In this document: one piece after another, positions 20,101-28,436 of the stretch
Layout of the letters: each line of letters starts with the position of its first letter
Position numbering within the stretch: the first letter of the stretch is position 1
Source of the DNA: an uncultured Verrucomicrobiae bacterium
GTDB lineage: Bacteria > Verrucomicrobiota > Verrucomicrobiia > Limisphaerales > JAFGQR01
DNA length: 28,436 nt
Reading direction: 5' to 3'
NCBI GenBank assembly: GCA_963788655.1
Contig: CAWBHS010000041.1
Coordinates: forward strand, 1 to 28,436
The notes under the pieces: model-generated
Told to the model about the DNA's origin: nothing
What the model saw: the letters and a program-made list of their open reading frames with translations, nothing else
Databases searched by the model: none
Program-made: the position numbers and the translations under genes

Positions 20101-20608
20101 ACTCACTTTTGGCGATCTCAACGGCGACGGTCGCACCGACCTGGCCCTCTTCAACGACCTCAACTGGAGCAAGAAGTATCTCACGCTCTTCGCGTGCGAC
20201 GCGTCGGCCCGGCTCCAATTCCTGACCGGCTATGTGGACCAGGTGCCCGGCTGGACGCTGAAGTATGGGGACACATTCTACGCCGCCGACGTGGACGGCG
20301 ACGGCGACAAGGACTTGATCGCCCAAAACACCATAGGCTGGGAGAACCACTACCTCGGTATCCTGCGCTCGAATGGCACGGGACTGTCCGGCGCTGTGCA
20401 GCAGATGACGGCTTTCTCCGGAAAAGGGCTCAACGTCGTGTACGGCACCGTGGCCGATTTCCACGGCAACGCCGGCTGGGAAGACCTCTTCCTCTACACG
20501 ACCCAGCGCCTGGTCCTGATCCGCAGCCAGAACACGAAACTGAGCGTGGAAGCTGTTTATCCGGACTTCATCCACAACCACCGCTTCCACGCACAGGGCT
20601 GGTGGTGA
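17136..20608 (+). CDS. secreted M64 (IgA peptidase)-like zinc metallopeptidase with C-terminal FG-GAP/VCBS repeats; frameshift at ~19204-19213
   Basis: Signal peptide ending ATRA; YNLVFVADGF, HEFGH (18942-18956)..GDEY, KWGEW. Removing two bases gives KYWSGLYRPSFDSRM and joins the ORF with six GDFDGDG-type repeats. Confidence 0.85.
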
Positions 20609-20645
20609 GCAAAACCAATTATCGGTTGAATGCCATCTCCGACTC

Positions 20646-20670
20646 GGGCGGCGTACTGGGTGCGCCGCCC
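20646..20670. terminator. GC-rich hairpin after the peptidase stop (terminator or REP-like)
   Basis: gggcggcgtac-tgg-gtgcgccgccc; no U-tract. Confidence 0.4.
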
Positions 20671-20770
20671 AGCCTGTTGGCACGTGTTCCAGTCGCCGAC
20701 CTTGATAACAAATTGCCGAGCTGCCATAAAATCATCTGGCAAACGAGACACGGCAGTTTGCGAATCGAAA

Positions 20771-20894
20771 GTGGTCTATTGTTGCGGCAGCGGCAAGCAC
20801 GGCCACCAACTCATCATCCCCTTACGCGATGTCCGACTACGCCACCACCTTCGCCACGCTCTCGCTCGAGGCGGTGCTGGCGGCCATGGCGTAG
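20771..20894 (+). pseudogene. diverged copy of the GH130 3' end (16901-17024)
   Basis: About 15 differences in ~125 nt by hand alignment; both copies end at the TAG. Confidence 0.92.
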
Positions 20895-21061
20895 AATCTG
20901 GAGAACCGAAACGGCCAACCACATCGAACGGCTCCTGGCCAGCGCGGCGGATGAGGCCCAACCGACTGCGGAGCCAGACCGGAAACAAGTGTGATCTGTA
21001 GTCAATCAACAGCAATCAGTAATCAGTTGGAACATTTCAGCGTGCGAGGTGGTTCACCCCC

Positions 21062-21976
21062 ATGATTTGGTCGCCGCTGAACCTCACTGTCCGGGTCGGC
21101 TGCCACCTGGCCTACCAAACCACCGTCCCCACGCCGGTGCTGTTTGTGCTCAAACCCCGGCTCGAAGGCCAGGTGCTGGTGATGCAGGAGAAGCTCTCGT
21201 TTGGCATTGGGCAGCCTGCGTATGAATTTCAGGACTCGCATGGCAACATCACCTCTCGCTCGATGTTGATGCCGGGGGGCAACGACATTCAGCATGATGC
21301 GCTGGTCGCCGTTTCGGCTCAGCCCGACAACCGGGAAGTGCTGGGACCGATTCAGCCCGTGGCCCAACTCCCTTCCGAGCTGTTGCGCTACACGTTACCC
21401 AGCCGCTATTGCGATTCGGATAAGCTGATGAATTTCGCCTGGGAACAATTCGGGCAGATCCCTCACGGCCTGCCGCGCGTGCAAGCCATCTGCGATTGGG
21501 TCCACAAGAATATCGAATACCGCTACCTGTCCGGCCGGGCGGACCTCTCCGCCTCCGAAGTCATCGAACGGCGCTTCGGGGTTTGCCGCGACTTCGCCCA
21601 TGCGGCCATTGCGCTGTGTCGCGCCTTCAATCTACCCGCCCGCTACGTCACCGGACACCTGCCGGACATCGGCTGCGCCGACGCGGGGACGCCGATGGAT
21701 TTTCATGCCTACTGCGAAGTCTATCTCGGCCAGGACTGGCTGACTTTCGATCCGCGTTTCAACGTTCCGCGCATTGGCCGGGTGAAGGTCGCGCACGGCG
21801 CGGACGCGGTGGATGGCGCGTTTGCGACGATCTATGGCGAGGCCAAGCTGACCACGTTTGAAGTGTGGGCGTATCAGGTGAATCCGCTGGAAGTTTCCGT
21901 GGGCGATCCCATTGATTTATCCCAACGCCTGGATGGCCAGCCGACGGTGCGACTCAGTGCGTCAGGACCACCATGA
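21062..21976 (+). CDS. transglutaminase-like family protein
   Basis: PSRYCDSD, GVCRDFAH (catalytic Cys), DFHAYCEVY, TFDPR. Confidence 0.93.
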   Translation: MIWSPLNLTVRVGCHLAYQTTVPTPVLFVLKPRLEGQVLVMQEKLSFGIGQPAYEFQDSHGNITSRSMLMPGGNDIQHDALVAVSAQPDNREVLGPIQPVAQLPSELLRYTLPSRYCDSDKLMNFAWEQFGQIPHGLPRVQAICDWVHKNIEYRYLSGRADLSASEVIERRFGVCRDFAHAAIALCRAFNLPARYVTGHLPDIGCADAGTPMDFHAYCEVYLGQDWLTFDPRFNVPRIGRVKVAHGADAVDGAFATIYGEAKLTTFEVWAYQVNPLEVSVGDPIDLSQRLDGQPTVRLSASGPP

Positions 21977-23437
21977 CGATGGCCGTTGGCAATCTGGTGC
22001 ATGACGTCTGGCACCTCGCGGCCATCGGACTGGGGCTGCTGCTCTCGGTGGTGGCGACGGGACACGCAGTGCTCCACAAGCGGGATTCGCGCGCCGCCAT
22101 CGCGTGGGTGGGTTTCGTGTGGCTTGTGCCCCTGGTCGGGGCGGTCCTGTACTTCATCTTTGGCGTCAATCGCCTTCGCCATAAGGCCGCACTGCTGCGT
22201 CGAAACCTGGAACGTTACCGGGCCCAAGCCGCAGAACCCGAATGTTTGCCGGAAGCGTTGCCGCGCCATTTGCCGGATTACGGGGGGCATCTCCAGATGC
22301 TGGCCCGCGTGGTTGAGGGGGTGGTCGATCGGCCCCTGCTGCCGGGCAATCGGATCGATCCGTTGGTGAACGGCGATGAAGCATATCCGGCCATGCTGGA
22401 AGCGATCCAAAACGCCCGCCAGACCATCTGCGTTCGTGACCTACATCTTCGATCGGGACGAAGTCGGCATGGCCTTTGCGCAGGCGTTGGGCGCGGCCGC
22501 GCGCCGGGGCGTGGAAGTGCGGGTGCTGGTTGACGCGACGGGAGCTCGATACTCCTGGCCCACCATTCTCCCCACGCTCCGACAAGTGGGAGTGAAGTAT
22601 GCCCGCTTTCTCCCGTCCTTTGCGTTGTGGCATCTGATGTCGATGAACCTGCGCACCCACCGTAAGATCCTCGTGGCGGATGGGCGCGTGGGCTTTACCG
22701 GCGGCATGAATATTCGCGTGGGCCATTGCCTGCACCGGCAACCGCGCCACCCGGTTCAGGATCTCCATTTCCGGGTGACGGGCCCGGTGGTGACTCAACT
22801 GCAGGAAGTGTTCACCGACGATTGGCTCTTCACCACCGGCGAAGCGTTGCGCGGTGAGGCGTGGTTCCCCCCCACCGAAAGCGCGGGGCCGGTTTTGGCG
22901 CGCGGCGTGACGGATGGCCCGGATGAGAATTTCGAGAAGCTGCTGTGGACGCTGCTGGGTGCCCTCGCGATTGCCCGCGATTCCGTCCGGATCATGACGC
23001 CCTATTTCCTGCCGGACCCGACCGTGGTCTCCGCCCTGAATCTGGCCGCCATGCGGGGGGTGCAGGTGGATATCGTTCTGCCCGCGCGGAGCAACCTGCC
23101 GTTCGTCTTATGGGCCTCCCGGGCAATGTGGTCGCAAGTGATCCGGCATGGCTGCCGCATCTGGCTGACTCCGCCGCCCTTCGATCATTCCAAACTCATG
23201 CTGGTGGATGGCTGCTGGGTGCTGCTGGGATCGGCCAACTGGGATGCGCGCAGCTTGCGCCTGAACTTTGAGTTCAACCTGGAATGTTACGACGCCGCCC
23301 TCGCCCAACGGTTGGAGCAGTGGGTCGATGCGAAACGCAAGGGCGCCCATCCGGTGACAATGGCGGAGGTCAATAGCCGCCCCCTGCCGGCTCGCCTGCG
23401 GGATGGCATCGCGCGTTTGCTGACGCCGTACTTGTAA
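21973..23437 (+). CDS. cls: cardiolipin synthase (PLD family); +1 frameshift at ~22430
   Basis: N-terminal membrane PLDc_N-like region; two HKD motifs HRKILVADG and HSKLMLVDG; GSANWD.RS; ATGA coupling with the upstream gene. Confidence 0.92.
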
Positions 23438-23459
23438 TCCGGGACTTGTGGGTGGTGAG

Positions 23460-23506
23460 ATGGGGTAAACACCCCATAGCACAACACCGGGTTAGGGGAC
23501 TATTTT
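23460..23506 (+). promoter_or_regulatory. box ATGGGGT-AAAC-ACCCCAT + 23 nt + TATTTT
   Basis: Perfect 7-4-7 palindrome; ATG 23513 is at the expected +1 position. Confidence 0.72.
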
Positions 23507-23512
23507 CAGACG

Positions 23513-25009
23513 ATGAATGTATTGCTGCTCTACCCGGAGTTCCCGGACACGTTCTGGAGTTTCAAGCACGCGTTGAAATTCATTCGCAAGCGAGCATCGC
23601 TGCCGCCGCTGGGCCTGCTGACCGTCGCGGCGATGTTGCCGCCGGAATGGGCGAAGCGGCTCGTGGATGTCAACGTGCGGCAAGCTGCGCGACCAGGATC
23701 TGGCCTGGGCGGACGTGGTGTTCATCAGCGGGATGATCGCCCAACAGGATTCGGCGCACGAATTGATCGCGCGTTGCCGCGCAGCGGGCAAGACCATCGT
23801 GGCGGGGGGGCCGCTGTTCACCCTCGAGCACGAGCAGTTTCCTGAGGTTGACCATTTCGTGCTGAATGAGGCGGAGGTGACGCTGCCGCGAGTTCTTGCG
23901 TGACTTTGAGCGCGGCAATGCCCGACGCGTGTATGCGTCGCCCGAGTTCCCGGATATCCGCCAGACGCCGGCGCCATTATGGGAACTGGCGGACGTGAAA
24001 CGCTATGCTTCGATGAGCGTGCAGTTCTCGCGCGGCTGCCCGTTCGACTGCGAGTTCTGCAACGTCACCGCGATGTTCGGGCATCGGCCCCGCACCAAGA
24101 CCACCGCCCAAGTGATCGCCGAGTTGGACGGTCTCCACCGGGCGGGCTGGCGCGGGTCCGTCTTCTTCGTGGACGACAATTTCATCGGCAACAAACGCGC
24201 GCTCAAGGAGGAGTTGCTGCCGGCGTTGATCCAATGGCAGCACGGCAAGCGCGGCACCCCGTTCTTCACCGAGGCGTCCATCAATCTCGCCGACGACGAG
24301 GAATTGATGCGCTTGATGGTCGAGGCGGGATTCAACCAGGTGTTCGTCGGCATCGAGACGCCCGAGGAGGCGAGCCTGGCCGAGTGCAACAAGCGCCAGA
24401 ACCAGCAGCGCGACCTGGTCGCCGACGTGAAACGCATCCAGCGCGCGGGATTGGAGGTGCAGGGCGGATTCATCGTCGGATTCGACAACGACTCGCCCAC
24501 GATTTTTGCGCGGCAGATCGAGTTCATCCAGCAAAGCGGCATCGTCACGGCGATGGTCGGCCTGCTGCAAGCCATCCCCGGCACGAAGCTCTACCAGCGG
24601 CTGAACGTCCAGGGCCGCCTGCTCGGCCACACCACGGGCAACAACGTGGATGGGACCACCAATTTCATTCCGCGGATGAACCGGGAGACGTTGCGCGAGG
24701 GTTACCAGCGTCTGATGAGACACATTTACTCGCCCGGCCCGTATTACCAACGAATCCGCACCTTCCTGCGCGAGTACCAGCCACCGAAGGTTTCCCGCGC
24801 GATGAACTGGGAGAGCATCCGGGCCTTCCTCCACGCCAATGTCCGCCTCGGCATTTTTGGCCGCGAACGTTTCCATTACTGGAGTTTGCTGCTCTGGACG
24901 ATCTTCCGCCGCCCGGCCCACCTGTCCGCTGGCCGTCACGTTTTCCATCTACGGCCACCACTTCCGCAAGACCTGCCGGGCGCTGGGGCTGGGAGGTGAT
25001 CCGCTATGA
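23513..25009 (+). CDS. B12-binding radical SAM protein with DUF4070-like C-terminus; +1 frameshifts at ~23681, ~23889, ~24925
   Basis: [45 protein letters not shown]. Corrected end [20 protein letters not shown] overlaps the next ATG. Confidence 0.9.
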
Positions 25010-26131
25010 AATGGTCGCTCAAACTCGGCAAACTGCTCGGCATTGACGTGTATCTGCACTTCACGTTTCTGCTGCTGCTCGCCTTTCTGGGGTTCGTTTA
25101 CTGGCGCGCCACGCAGAACGCTGAGGCCGCGCTGCGGGGCGTCGCCTTCATCGTCGCCTTGTTCGGTTGCGTGGTGCTGCATGAACTGGGGCACGCCTTG
25201 ATGGCGCGCCGCTACGGCATCCAGACGCGCGACATCACCCTGCTGCCCATCGGCGGCATTGCGCGCCTGGAGAAGATGCCGGAGAAACCGATGCAGGAAT
25301 TCTGGGTCGCGCTGGCCGGACCGGCGGTGAACGTGGTCATCGCGGCCGTCCTGTTCGTCGGGCTGGCGGCCACCGGCGGCTTCACTCCGGTGGAGGAACT
25401 CAGCGTGACCGGCGGTTCCTTCTGGCAACGGCTGATGCTGCTGAACCTGTTCCTGGTCGCCTTCAATCTCCTGCCGGCCTTCCCGATGGATGGCGGCCGG
25501 GTCTTGCGCGCGCTGTTGGCCATCCGCCTGGGCCGGCGTCGCGCCACGGCCATCGCCGCCAACGTGGGGCAGGTCATGGCCATCCTGTTCGGCATCGTCG
25601 GGTTCTTCTACAACCCGTTCCTCATTTTCATCGCCATCTTCGTGTATCTCGGCGCGCAGGCCGAGGCCGGCCTGGTTGAGATGCAGTCGGCGCTGGCGGG
25701 TTTGCGCGTGCGCGACGCCATGATGACGCGGTTCCGCACCCTCGCGGCGCAGGACACGCTGGCCAAGGCGGTGGATGAATTGCTCGCCGGTTCCCAGCAG
25801 GATTTCCCGGTGCTCGAAAACGAGCAACCCGTCGGCATTCTTCGTCGCAATGATCTGGTCAAGGCGCTTTCCGAAGGCCGCCGCGATACCGCCGTGACCG
25901 AGGGCATGTGCCGCGATTGCGAGACGGTGGATGAAGCAACTCCGCTGCGAAGCGCCGTCGAATCCATGCGCGCCCGGCAATGCGGCACGATGCCGGTCAT
26001 GGCCGACGGGTCGCATCGTCGGCCTGCTGACGCTCGAAAACATCAGCGAGATGATCATGGTCAATGCCGCGATGGAGCACCAAGGCGCGGCCCATTCGCG
26101 GCCACCAAAACTGAGCACCCAAAATGTATGA
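25006..26131 (+). CDS. site-2 protease (M50) with CBS pair; +1 frameshift at ~26011
   Basis: HELGH, AGPAVN, FNLLPAFPMDGGR, VRDAMM, QQDFPV. Corrected end GRIVGLLTLENISEMIMV...QNV* overlaps the dodecin ATG. Confidence 0.92.
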
Positions 26132-26333
26132 AAGACAAAGTCTATAAACTCATCGAACTCACCGGCACCTCGACCAAGAGCATCGAGGACGCCGTCAACA
26201 CCGCGCTCAAACGCGCCGGCAAAACCATCAGAACCTTTGCTGGTTCCAGATTGTCGAAACCCGCGGGAGCATCGAGAAGAACCAGGTCAAACACTGGCAG
26301 GTCACCCTCAAGGTCGGTTTCGCTGTCAAGTAA
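26128..26333 (+). CDS. dodecin family flavin-binding protein; 1-nt deletion at ~26230
   Basis: [27 protein letters not shown] / [33 protein letters not shown], 68 aa. Confidence 0.92.
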
Positions 26334-26420
26334 CCCAAGCCGTGCCGCCCCGGTGGCGGCGGATCAACTTGTTCAACCGTGGCTGGATCGTCACGGCTTG
26401 GTCAGGCAGCACAAGTCGCT

Positions 26421-28436
<2,016 letters not shown>

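Noticed and set aside
19345..20320. Regularly spaced ggcgatttcgacggcgacgg-like DNA repeats as a CRISPR or DGR-type array
   Set aside because: They are in-frame FG-GAP codons with synonymous variation; no cas or reverse transcriptase gene is present. The same applies to the TSP3-like repeats at ~5720-6140.
20895..20994. Possible further orphan gene end (IWRTETANHIERLLASAADEAQ...)
   Set aside because: Too short, no recognisable family and no partner copy in the window.
21046..21064. gaggtggttcacccccatg as an eighth regulatory box
   Set aside because: Poor left half, overlaps the RBS/ATG, and has no downstream -10 in the conserved position.

Overview
GC-rich bacterial window, all real genes on the + strand. 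It is probably Verrucomicrobiota, inferred from the ...W...D...F[YF]R[LV] terminal domains and the repeat types. It is an accessory stress/secretome island. Contents: three large secreted proteins (thermolysin/M4 multidomain protease, choice-of-anchor-Q-like beta-helix protein, M64-like peptidase with FG-GAP repeats); a NarL-type HK + RR + receiver-only protein; a GT4/GH130 pair; transglutaminase-like protein; cardiolipin synthase; B12-radical SAM; S2P-CBS protease; dodecin; LapA-like protein; and N-ATPase-type atpD running off the end. About 12 single-base indels split otherwise intact genes and look like long-read errors. Three patterns not explained by the gene list: (1) a 17-bp pseudo-palindrome (RTRGGGY-N3-RCCCCAY) lies 22-23 nt before a -10-like hexamer in seven promoters, suggesting a regulon of the local NarL-type regulator; (2) three cargo blocks, one nested in another, are each bracketed by diverged direct repeats of the end of a neighbouring gene; (3) the three unrelated secreted proteins share a ~70-aa domain, C-terminal in two and N-terminal in one. 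No integrase, transposase, CRISPR or RNA gene was seen.
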